Positions 37,009 to 45,290 of a DNA stretch of 64,000 nt are shown piece after piece. Made by a program: the position numbers and the translations under genes. Location: contig JANJXX010000001.1 in NCBI GenBank assembly GCA_024720975.1, positions 80,970 through 144,969 of the forward strand. The letters run 5' to 3'. The number at the start of each line of letters is the position of its first letter. Position 1 is the first letter of the stretch. Origin of the DNA: Thermoproteota archaeon. GTDB taxonomy: Archaea > Asgardarchaeota > Njordarchaeia > Njordarchaeales > Panguiarchaeaceae. The notes beneath the pieces are model-generated. The model did not search any database. It was not told the DNA's origin and saw only the letters and a list, made by a program, of their open reading frames with translations.

Positions 37009-37833
37009 CTAGAAAAACAAACTAACCTTGAAATTTCTCTCGGTCGCTTTCTTGATGAACCGCACCTTAACCTCATTCCAATATCTGGGATCCTTGGCTC
37101 TTCTCCAGAAGTCTCTTCTACTTATTCCAATTTCATCTAATGCTCTGTTTATTGTTATCCAGTTCTGGGACTTGATGTTTAATTTATCGATGAAAATGCT
37201 CTTTACACCCAAGTTGTAGAGATCATCCAAAATACCATCAAGTGATTTCTCGGATACTATCGGCAGAAAAGGAGCTAGAAAAACTGAAACTCTTTCCTCG
37301 CCAAGTAAATTGACCATCTCCTTAAGAACTGCAAGCCTGCGCTCATAGCTACTTGCATTTGGCTCAAAGATTTCATAAGCTTCGTTGATTGAAATTGAGA
37401 CTCCCAAGTGGATATCGTTGAACTTCACAAATAGATCTCTATCCCTCAGAGCTAAATCGCTCTTTGTCAATATTGCAATGGGCCAACCATTGCTAAGCAG
37501 AATCTCCAGGAGTTTTCTAGTTATTCCATATACAACCTCTATCGGCTGATATGGATCAGTTGCGGAGGATAAGTAGACTCTACCCCTCTCCTTCCAACGA
37601 ATCTCATCTTTCAATCTACTTATTGCATTCGATTTAACATATACAACTCGACCCCAATCTTCGGCTTTATATCCACGTCTAAGCAATAAGTATCGAGCAT
37701 AACAGTAAACGCAACCGTGGACACATCCAATATAGGGGTTCAGTGAATACTTCGCGGACTCAAAGCCACAAGGCGTGAGAATTTGATCTACTAGTGTGTA
37801 TTTTATCTTAGCGGATGGTGCGTACTGTTGCAT
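37009..37833 (-). CDS. Radical SAM protein, SplB / 'DNA repair photolyase' (COG1533-like) family
   Basis: LNPYIGCVHGCVYCYARY gives the CxxxCxxC cluster motif close to the N-terminus. The ~270-aa TIM-barrel-sized body is typical of that family. Confidence 0.7.
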   Translation of the reverse strand: MQQYAPSAKIKYTLVDQILTPCGFESAKYSLNPYIGCVHGCVYCYARYLLLRRGYKAEDWGRVVYVKSNAISRLKDEIRWKERGRVYLSSATDPYQPIEVVYGITRKLLEILLSNGWPIAILTKSDLALRDRDLFVKFNDIHLGVSISINEAYEIFEPNASSYERRLAVLKEMVNLLGEERVSVFLAPFLPIVSEKSLDGILDDLYNLGVKSIFIDKLNIKSQNWITINRALDEIGISRRDFWRRAKDPRYWNEVKVRFIKKATERNFKVSLFF

Positions 37834-37930
37834 CCTGATCAGATCGTTAGATTGCTAGTAATTCTCTAATGATTTTATTAATAACTACCCAAGATTATTT
37901 TTACCTCTAAACATAAGATTGGTGTAAATA

Positions 37931-38551
37931 TTGAGCATTGAAGATGATTGGTTTGAGGATGATTGGCTGGCTTCTCGTATGCAAATTATCCTTAGGGAGC
38001 TGAAAAATAAGTATCCCGATGCAGACATAAGTCCATTTCTCAATCGCGCAGCGGAGGGATTCGTTCCTAATCCTCTGCAACTAGAGAGCAGTGGAAAGAA
38101 GGAGAATATTGTACTCGCAGGGTTAATACACAGAGAATATGCATTAAGCATTACTGCTGGAATAATCAATGCGAGCTTTGAGTCGGGAAAGGCCACTATC
38201 GAACATGAAGGCAATAAAATTGATATAACTAATGAGTTGATAGAACTACTTCCTGATTTAGCGATTGCATGCTGCCTTTCTATTAGAGACTTATCCGTGG
38301 ACGATGTTCTTTGGTCAGAGGATATTGACGAGTTAATTGGAATAGTATCTTTTGTTATATATGCAGGAGTTTTGCTGCGAAACGTTAATTTGATGGAGAA
38401 TTTGTTGACTATATTAATTTCCACAGCCTCTAGCATTAAGAACAGCAAAGTGAGACAGAAATTCAGTGAGCAAATATACAAGGATTTAACTGAGTTGGGA
38501 TTAAGCAGGCTAGGACAGATATTTATGGATATTTCCACGCAATCTAGCTAA
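37931..38551 (+). CDS. Acidic hypothetical protein
   Basis: The TTG start is preceded by GGTGT plus 5-6 nt. Its composition is protein-like, whereas the overlapping antisense ORF 37885..38538 is S-rich and low complexity. Confidence 0.5.
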   Translation: MSIEDDWFEDDWLASRMQIILRELKNKYPDADISPFLNRAAEGFVPNPLQLESSGKKENIVLAGLIHREYALSITAGIINASFESGKATIEHEGNKIDITNELIELLPDLAIACCLSIRDLSVDDVLWSEDIDELIGIVSFVIYAGVLLRNVNLMENLLTILISTASSIKNSKVRQKFSEQIYKDLTELGLSRLGQIFMDISTQSS

Positions 38552-40242
38552 TCCAACCTTAATTTTGCTTTGCGTTTAAACTGTTCTCTGTATATTCTTT
38601 TTACTTCCTCAAGCGTATCAGCGTCCTCTGGACTTTTATCCCAGCGTATCTTGTTAATTCTAGCAAAACGTAATGCAAAGCCTGACTTATATTTAGGCGA
38701 TCTTTGAATTTCATCATATATCACCTCGACCACAACTTTGGGCTTCACATAAACTATCCGTCCGCTCTCATAAATCCTTGCTTTTAGAAGTTCTTTGGTT
38801 ATTTCCTCGAATTCCTCATCCGTGAGTCCCTTAAAAGTTTTACCTATGATCGCCCACTCGCTAGTTTTCTCATCTTTAACAGCAAGGTAGTAATCGGATA
38901 ACCACTTCCTTCTCCTTCCATATCCCCATTCAGCCGCAATTATCACGCAATCCAAAGGCTCTAAGGATCTCTTTATCTTCAGCCAACTTTTTCCTCGAAC
39001 TCCAGGCTCATATTTTGAATCCAATTTCTTGGCAATGAGCCCCTCATGGCCTTCTGATATTGCTCTTTCAAGGAATTTTTGAGCCTCCTCTTGATCTTTT
39101 GTAATTAGTCTTGGAGCTAGTTTTATTCCATTAGCTATTTTCTCGAGAATTCTTCGCCGCTCTTCATAGGGCTTATCTATCAGCATTTCCCCGTCTAGGT
39201 ATAGTATGTCGAATAAGTATATATCCACAGGAATTAACCTCCTGTATTTACTGGCTTCATCTAACCTTCTCACTCTTCGCATGAGAATCTGAAACGGCAG
39301 GGGTTTATTATCTATAATTCCTACAATCTCTCCCTCCAAAACGGCCTCACGAGCGTTAATGTTCTTACTAATTAATTCCACTACTTCAGGGAAGCTATCA
39401 GTGACATCTTTAAGCCTCCTACTAAATATTCTGATTTCATCTCCCCGCTTATGTATCTGTGCTCTAAGACCGTCAAACTTATACTCAAACGCAGTTTCCC
39501 AGTTGTGTTCCTTTAATGCCTCTGCAACGTCCTCGGCTTTCTGCGCTAACAAGGGGCGAACCGGTCTAAATGGGATAATTTTTACTTCTCTTATCGCCCG
39601 ATAGCCCTCTATAAGTGCTTTTTCGGCAACTTCTCCTATGTCTCCTAGTATCATATGCGCCCGTGATATGAGCTCCACTGGTATCGCTGATGCTTTAGCT
39701 ATTGCTTCTTCCATTACACCAACACTGATACCATGTCTCATGTCTCTGAAAATTATCTTGATGAAATACTTCAGCTCATTTGGGGACATTCTGCTGATAA
39801 GCGTAGACAGGATACTTTCCTTTTTGACCCTAGCATCTGTACCCTTTATCTCAACCATCTGGCTCAGAAAGTTGTATATATCGGCTATTGACAAGTCCTG
39901 CGAGGTCAACTCAGTTAAAGTTAGTTGCTTCTTTAGCTTTTTTCTCTCGGCTATGGCTCTAACAGCTTCGCCCAAATCTCCGTGAGCTTTTATTTGGTCC
40001 ACGAGCTCTTTTTTAGAAACTGAGAAAATATTTACTATTACATGCGATACTGTACCCCAAGAGATATCAAGTTGCTTTTGGGCAGATTCTGGAGCAAAAT
40101 GCCCTATCATAAGGAGAACGAAAGGTCTTATATAGTTCGCTTCTAATCTACGTAAAACCTCCGCAAGGATTCGAATCTTACGTGATCTTTCGGGAGTCTT
40201 TGCTAAGTTATCACAAAGCTCGGCGAATTCTTTGAACAGCAT
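38548..40242 (-). CDS. lig: ATP-dependent DNA ligase
   Basis: Adenylation motif I EYKFDGLRAQIH (KxDG) is followed by the downstream ligase motifs (EGEIV, LFDILY, EGLIAK, WLKIK), with the N-terminal DNA-binding domain and C-terminal OB domain in order. Confidence 0.95.
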   Translation of the reverse strand: MLFKEFAELCDNLAKTPERSRKIRILAEVLRRLEANYIRPFVLLMIGHFAPESAQKQLDISWGTVSHVIVNIFSVSKKELVDQIKAHGDLGEAVRAIAERKKLKKQLTLTELTSQDLSIADIYNFLSQMVEIKGTDARVKKESILSTLISRMSPNELKYFIKIIFRDMRHGISVGVMEEAIAKASAIPVELISRAHMILGDIGEVAEKALIEGYRAIREVKIIPFRPVRPLLAQKAEDVAEALKEHNWETAFEYKFDGLRAQIHKRGDEIRIFSRRLKDVTDSFPEVVELISKNINAREAVLEGEIVGIIDNKPLPFQILMRRVRRLDEASKYRRLIPVDIYLFDILYLDGEMLIDKPYEERRRILEKIANGIKLAPRLITKDQEEAQKFLERAISEGHEGLIAKKLDSKYEPGVRGKSWLKIKRSLEPLDCVIIAAEWGYGRRRKWLSDYYLAVKDEKTSEWAIIGKTFKGLTDEEFEEITKELLKARIYESGRIVYVKPKVVVEVIYDEIQRSPKYKSGFALRFARINKIRWDKSPEDADTLEEVKRIYREQFKRKAKLRLD

Positions 40243-40256
40243 TTAGGATGACCACA

Positions 40257-40637
40257 TTATTTTTTAAGCCAAAATACTACAGCAGGTTCATTATAGAGTT
40301 TCTTTTTCGAACACTTATAGAGTTCTCGCACTTCCTCCAAAGCCTGTTTGTATGTTGAAGCTTTTAATCCAAGCTCTTTCCATCGCATATTTTTCAGAGC
40401 ACGCCTGAGAGTTGGGTATATTTCTATTCGCTCGATTTTATAAACAGCGGTCTTTCGACCTGATTTAAATACTGCAACAGGTTGATACTCTCCGCTCATA
40501 ATTTTTCTAGCCAGGTCAACCCAACGCTTGCCAATACGTATTTCAGCCTTTTTATCTCCGTGCTCTAGGACTCTAAAGTACTTTCTTCTAACGTAAAAAA
40601 AGGCATGAGAACACCTGCAGTGATATTTCTGGTGCAT
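40257..40637 (-). CDS. ASCH (PUA-like) domain protein
   Basis: YFRVLEHGDKKAEIRIG fits the ASCH F..I..G.K..E.R motif. I place the start at the ATG at 40637 because it forms a TAATG stop/start overlap with maf. The longer tracked ORF (to 40742) would overlap maf by 106 nt. Confidence 0.5.
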   Translation of the reverse strand: MHQKYHCRCSHAFFYVRRKYFRVLEHGDKKAEIRIGKRWVDLARKIMSGEYQPVAVFKSGRKTAVYKIERIEIYPTLRRALKNMRWKELGLKASTYKQALEEVRELYKCSKKKLYNEPAVVFWLKK

Positions 40638-41239
40638 TATATGAGAGAGCACATGGTTCTTAGTTCCGTGAGGATATTGTATCCGAAATGCTCCTTCAGA
40701 AGTCGGTACAGGAGAGCCAGAGGTAACCCGACAACGTTCCAAAAGTCTCCCTCGATTCTATCAATGAACAGTGCTGCTAGTCCTTGTATAGCATACCCAC
40801 CGGCCTTGTCAAGAGGTTCTATTGTTCGAGCGTAGAGTTCTATCTCCTCGTCAGAGAGCTCTCTGAACCTCACTTTTGTTAATTCACTACTAACAACTTC
40901 TTTCATACTTGATGCATCTATTATTGCAATTCCAGTAACCACGAAATGCTCCCTTCCGCTAAGTTTTCTGAGGAATTCCTTTATCTCGTCTACATTTTTG
41001 GGTTTTTCCAGGACTTCATTGTCTACAAATACTACGGTATCAGCAGCTATGACTAGTCCCCTGTCAAATAGGCGCGCTACACATCTGGCTTTCTCTAGCG
41101 CTTTTAGTTCAGCAAGTTCAACTGGGTCGTTGGACTTTACCTCTACTTCATACGTCGGCGGGAAAACTCTAAAATTTAATCCAAGCTTCTGAAGTAATGT
41201 AATTCTACGGGGAGATGATGATGCTAGAATAATCTCCAA
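40637..41239 (-). CDS. maf: Maf-family nucleoside triphosphate pyrophosphatase
   Basis: ILASSSPRR, AADTVV, GREHFVVTG, DKAGGYAIQG and NVVGLPL motifs appear in canonical order. Confidence 0.9.
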   Translation of the reverse strand: MEIILASSSPRRITLLQKLGLNFRVFPPTYEVEVKSNDPVELAELKALEKARCVARLFDRGLVIAADTVVFVDNEVLEKPKNVDEIKEFLRKLSGREHFVVTGIAIIDASSMKEVVSSELTKVRFRELSDEEIELYARTIEPLDKAGGYAIQGLAALFIDRIEGDFWNVVGLPLALLYRLLKEHFGYNILTELRTMCSLI

Positions 41240-41249
41240 TGTCTTACCC

Positions 41250-43088
41250 CTATGACGTCATTCGGATTCTTATGCTTAACCTATCTGGAAAACACTGAGC
41301 TTTCTTCGGGTAATTGTCTTGTTTCATATCAAGAATCTTTATGAACTCTTCCAAGGACATAACACTCTGTTTGTTTGCTGCCCTACACCTCACCGATAAA
41401 AGCCTTTGTTCTTTCTCTTTTTCGCCGATAATGACGACATAAGGAACCCATTCCTTTTCGGCGTCGAGTATTTTTCTGGATAGCGTACGATTTGTATCAT
41501 CTATATCGACTCGATAGCCTCTAGAAGCTATTTCGTTCTTCACATCCTCAGCATAGCTAAGTACATTTTCGTTAACTGGTATAATTCTGACTTGCACTGG
41601 TGATATCCAAAATGGTAGCATTGGTTTCTTTCCCTTATTCTTCATCTTCATAGCAGAATCAAAAAGCATGTATATGTACCTCTCAATAGTTCCCAGTATC
41701 GCTGTATGAATAATTACTGGAAATCTCTTCTTTTCCTCTTCGTCTATGTAATTTATATTGAATCTTCTTGCATTGCCTACGTCTATTTGAACTGTGCCGA
41801 TTTCACGCGGTCTGCCTATGTAGTCTACTATGTGATACTCAATGTTTATCGTCCAGTAGTATGCCCCCTCGGTTTGATATACAGCCACTAAGACAGGTCT
41901 GCCTAAGTTCTTAGCAATATCTTTTATGAACTCTTTATATCGCCTATACTCTTCCTCAGAAACGACATTAACAAGTAGGTCGTACGTCTCTCCAAGTTTT
42001 TTCGCTTCCTCAATAATTATGTCATGAACTTTAAGTAAATACACTTTAGCCTCTTCTTCACTTCTGGTTAATATGTGCAGGTCTGGCATCCAGAATCTTC
42101 TTACGCGAAAGCTTAACTCTATTTCTCCGCTTTGTTCGTATCTGTAAGAGTCCGCGACTTCGAATATTCCAAACGGCATTTGCTTGTAGGTTATGTACCA
42201 GTCACTAAGCATGGAAAATTGTTGATGACATGCCGCATATCTAAGGACAAATGTCCCCCTGTCTGTGGAAATTTTGTATAATCTATCTCCATATAGATCT
42301 GCATGCTCCTTAACAGCTCTGTCCTTCATATTGAAGAATGCAGTACCCTTCACCTCATAGATAGGTATACCTAGCTTTTTTATCACATTCCTCGAGTACT
42401 CTGTGGCTATTTCGAAAATCAGAGCCGCGTATGGAGCAAGTCTCTGGTGACCAAAATCTGAGCGCTCTTCCCATTCAAATCCAAATCTTTTTAAATACTC
42501 CAGCATTTCATGCTTTACTTCACCTAGTGGCTTACTTAAAGCCTCTTTTTCTACAAGAATCCTAAACTCTTCCGGTAGCTTGCTAAGGAGATCCTCGCTC
42601 GGGGGTAATTCTTCACCGTCTGGGGTTATTATTATATATCTCTTTCTTACAGCCTTCCTGCGCACTTCAGCAACGTCATCCTTTGTGATTATTCTTAATC
42701 TTTCAGCTATCGGGTGGCCCTTTACTTCAGCTTTGAATTCTTTATAATGTCCAAATGGTGCTAGGTACGTCTCCAAATTGTTCTCTTTGAGAGCGTCGTA
42801 TAATCTACTCAATAATTCCTTTGCCATGTCAGGAGGTGCTAATTCTCTCGATAAATGAGCGTAGGGGTATAACAAAATTTTGTTTACCTTCACTTCATTA
42901 GCCATGTTTATGATCTCTTCCTTAGCATATTCAACAACATCTATGTTGTCGTCCATCTCAACCGTTACTAGAATCACAAGGATTTCACTAAATTCTCTCC
43001 AGGATTTGTCAACTTCTTCTGCGGTCTCCATAGCTTTAGAGGTAGGTCTATATGCAAACTTAGAGCAGTGCCAAGCGAGCATCCTCAA
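41250..43088 (-). CDS. thrS: Threonyl-tRNA synthetase with the archaeal-type N-terminal editing domain
   Basis: The N-terminus MRMLAWHCSKFAYRP resembles the Pyrococcus-type DTD-like editing domain. Class II core motifs (FRYEQSGE, HTAILGTIERY) and a C-terminal anticodon-binding domain are present. Confidence 0.95.
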   Translation of the reverse strand: MRMLAWHCSKFAYRPTSKAMETAEEVDKSWREFSEILVILVTVEMDDNIDVVEYAKEEIINMANEVKVNKILLYPYAHLSRELAPPDMAKELLSRLYDALKENNLETYLAPFGHYKEFKAEVKGHPIAERLRIITKDDVAEVRRKAVRKRYIIITPDGEELPPSEDLLSKLPEEFRILVEKEALSKPLGEVKHEMLEYLKRFGFEWEERSDFGHQRLAPYAALIFEIATEYSRNVIKKLGIPIYEVKGTAFFNMKDRAVKEHADLYGDRLYKISTDRGTFVLRYAACHQQFSMLSDWYITYKQMPFGIFEVADSYRYEQSGEIELSFRVRRFWMPDLHILTRSEEEAKVYLLKVHDIIIEEAKKLGETYDLLVNVVSEEEYRRYKEFIKDIAKNLGRPVLVAVYQTEGAYYWTINIEYHIVDYIGRPREIGTVQIDVGNARRFNINYIDEEEKKRFPVIIHTAILGTIERYIYMLFDSAMKMKNKGKKPMLPFWISPVQVRIIPVNENVLSYAEDVKNEIASRGYRVDIDDTNRTLSRKILDAEKEWVPYVVIIGEKEKEQRLLSVRCRAANKQSVMSLEEFIKILDMKQDNYPKKAQCFPDRLSIRIRMTS

Positions 43089-43151
43089 ATCAGTTCACCA
43101 CGCTATGTTGTTTAGTATATCAATTTCTTCTAAGTTAATGTAATGCTAGTT

Positions 43152-44102
43152 TCAAATGAAGGTAAGAAAAACTCTTTGAGTTATAGGTTTGACGTTTGGA
43201 GGCCCTATATCCTCCTCGTACGTGTAGTATAGCTTCCAAAAGATGTTAAACAGCATACTTAAGCGGTCGTAGATATCTTTTCTCACGCTAGCGGAAGGAA
43301 TTCTTTTATTTAATACGTAGTATACATATAAAATTGCTGTAGAAGCAAAATTTATGCTAACAATAGAGCCCCAGGAGAATTCACTGATTATCGGAAAAAA
43401 TATATTAGACAATCTTTCCGCTTTCTTACTTCTTTTAAGAACCCCTGGCATGTACCTACGGAGAGCGTTAAAGGCAGCATAATAGCAGAGGCCCTCCTCA
43501 TCTTTAGAGTTCAGTATAGAGTACTTCATCTTGTAAAGAAAGCGCCCTGCTTTGCATATACACTCAATAGAATAGCTTATGTCTTCAAGAATTCTGTGAG
43601 CAACTGAATGAGCATATAGAAAAACTATGAACTCTATGAATAGCGAGTTAACCAAACTTTTTAAGTTCTTTCTAATGCCCAATAACCGTAATGTTAGAGC
43701 TTCGGAGCCTCCACTGAGCGCTCTGATAAACTTAGTAGTCTTGAGCACTTCTTGGAATATGCTTGCGATCTCAACGAAATCCTCTAATAACTTCATAGCC
43801 CTAAAGTATATGCCGTGGTTTTCATTATCAAAGTGGTATGGTACATAAAAAGTGAGTCTATCAACGATTATCGTTTTACTAGAGTACCTTGCTGGGGGCT
43901 CCTTATTTGCCCAGGCGGAAAACTCCTTCAGGTTTACTATAAAGTATGAACCCTTCCTCATAAATGAGTCTGTATCGCTTATAAATCTTTTTATGTCCTC
44001 GTTAACGAATCCTTTATGTTCCCTGAAGAAATCTGTCAGTTCATGTAAGACTTCCTCAGGAATATCAGGACGGTATTCAATCCAAGCTTGTTGGGCGCTC
44101 AT
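43152..44102 (-). CDS. Hypothetical protein
   Basis: 316-aa ORF divergent from the radical SAM gene. It contains YAHSVAHRILED but no confident catalytic motif. Confidence 0.5.
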   Translation of the reverse strand: MSAQQAWIEYRPDIPEEVLHELTDFFREHKGFVNEDIKRFISDTDSFMRKGSYFIVNLKEFSAWANKEPPARYSSKTIIVDRLTFYVPYHFDNENHGIYFRAMKLLEDFVEIASIFQEVLKTTKFIRALSGGSEALTLRLLGIRKNLKSLVNSLFIEFIVFLYAHSVAHRILEDISYSIECICKAGRFLYKMKYSILNSKDEEGLCYYAAFNALRRYMPGVLKRSKKAERLSNIFFPIISEFSWGSIVSINFASTAILYVYYVLNKRIPSASVRKDIYDRLSMLFNIFWKLYYTYEEDIGPPNVKPITQRVFLTFI

Positions 44103-44177
44103 GCTGGTGTCTCCTAGGGACCGTTGAGTATCTTAAAATCGCCGATATAAAATAACATTTAAGGGAGGGTGAACTTA

Positions 44178-45290
44178 TTGTTTGACCCTGTTGAATTAGC
44201 ATTCTATCACAATGAAACCTTAAAAAAATACGAAGAAAAACTATCCGAGGAACAAAAGCAAAAGGCTCTGAAAGACCCACATGCTCGAAGATATCCTCGT
44301 CCCTGTGGTTTCACTGTACATCTTGTTGTTGGCTGTCCATTTGATTGTACCTACTGCTATATTTACGATATGAACTTTGACAGAACTCCCAAGCCAGTTC
44401 AGCTTAAACCAGATGAGCTCGTTTACTCGCTCCTCAAGAACCCAAATTTTATCTCCGGCAGGTGGGGATCTCTAATAGCAATAGGTTCTATATCCGAACC
44501 ATTCATCTTCCCTGAGCTGGCTCTCGATTATCTTCGAGAACTATCGATGCTTGGCAACCCAATGCAGTTCTCAACTAAAAGCTATTTAAGTCGAAGTTAC
44601 TCGGAAACGCTTTCCCACATCAAAACTACCCTGAACCCCCTGGTTACAATAGTCACGATTGAGCTTACCGATATTCTTGAACCTAAAGCTCCAAGCGTAG
44701 ATAAGAGACTAGAAACAATTAGAAATCTGTCCTCCGCTGGATTTAAAGTATCACTATTCTTGCGACCGATTATTGCTGGTGTGAATTATGAGGAAGCTGA
44801 AACAATTTTGAAGTTAGCGCATGAAGCTGGGGCAAATGCTGTTATTATTGGCTCTTTCCGCATAACTTATAGAATTTACATGAGGCTTAAGGAATTGGGA
44901 CTCAACCTTCGGGAGCTAGAAGGAAGAGTTAACATGAGAAAGCTAAGAAAAATGCCGAGTAAACAATTCACAGTTCCTCTAACACAGAAAGAAAGAAGCA
45001 AACTTATTCTCTTAGCCCGTGAGATTGGCCTTACTCCCTTCAAATCAGCGTGTTGTAGTAATTCCAGTAATGCCGGTGTGACTTGCCCATCTATTTGCTT
45101 CGAAACAGGATTCTGCACGAAGTGCCCTAACATGTGCCAGGAGCGTCCACGCCCTGCAGTTGCCCGTGTAAAAGAAGCGCTGAGAATCTTAGGATTAACA
45201 GTCTGTATTGAAAATTCTAATGATATGATACTTATTAGTGACAGAAAATATAGATCGCTGGTCCAGGTTCTTTCTAGACGACTCCTATAG
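44178..45290 (+). CDS. Radical SAM protein, second SplB/COG1533-like paralog with a Cys-rich C-terminal extension
   Basis: VVGCPFDCTYCYIYD gives the CxxxCxxC motif. The C-terminal region has CCSNSSNAGVTCPSICFETGFCTKCPNMC. The TTG at 44178 lies 5 nt after GGGTGA, so the tracked GTG at 44169 is inside the SD. Confidence 0.7.
   Translation: MFDPVELAFYHNETLKKYEEKLSEEQKQKALKDPHARRYPRPCGFTVHLVVGCPFDCTYCYIYDMNFDRTPKPVQLKPDELVYSLLKNPNFISGRWGSLIAIGSISEPFIFPELALDYLRELSMLGNPMQFSTKSYLSRSYSETLSHIKTTLNPLVTIVTIELTDILEPKAPSVDKRLETIRNLSSAGFKVSLFLRPIIAGVNYEEAETILKLAHEAGANAVIIGSFRITYRIYMRLKELGLNLRELEGRVNMRKLRKMPSKQFTVPLTQKERSKLILLAREIGLTPFKSACCSNSSNAGVTCPSICFETGFCTKCPNMCQERPRPAVARVKEALRILGLTVCIENSNDMILISDRKYRSLVQVLSRRLL

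Noticed and set aside
40638-40742. Longer version of the ASCH ORF (start at 40742), overlapping maf by 106 nt.
   Set aside because: The extension (MERCRVTSGSPVPTSEGAFRIQYPHGTKNHVLSHI) is out-of-frame read-through of maf coding sequence. The internal ATG gives a classic TAATG coupling junction.
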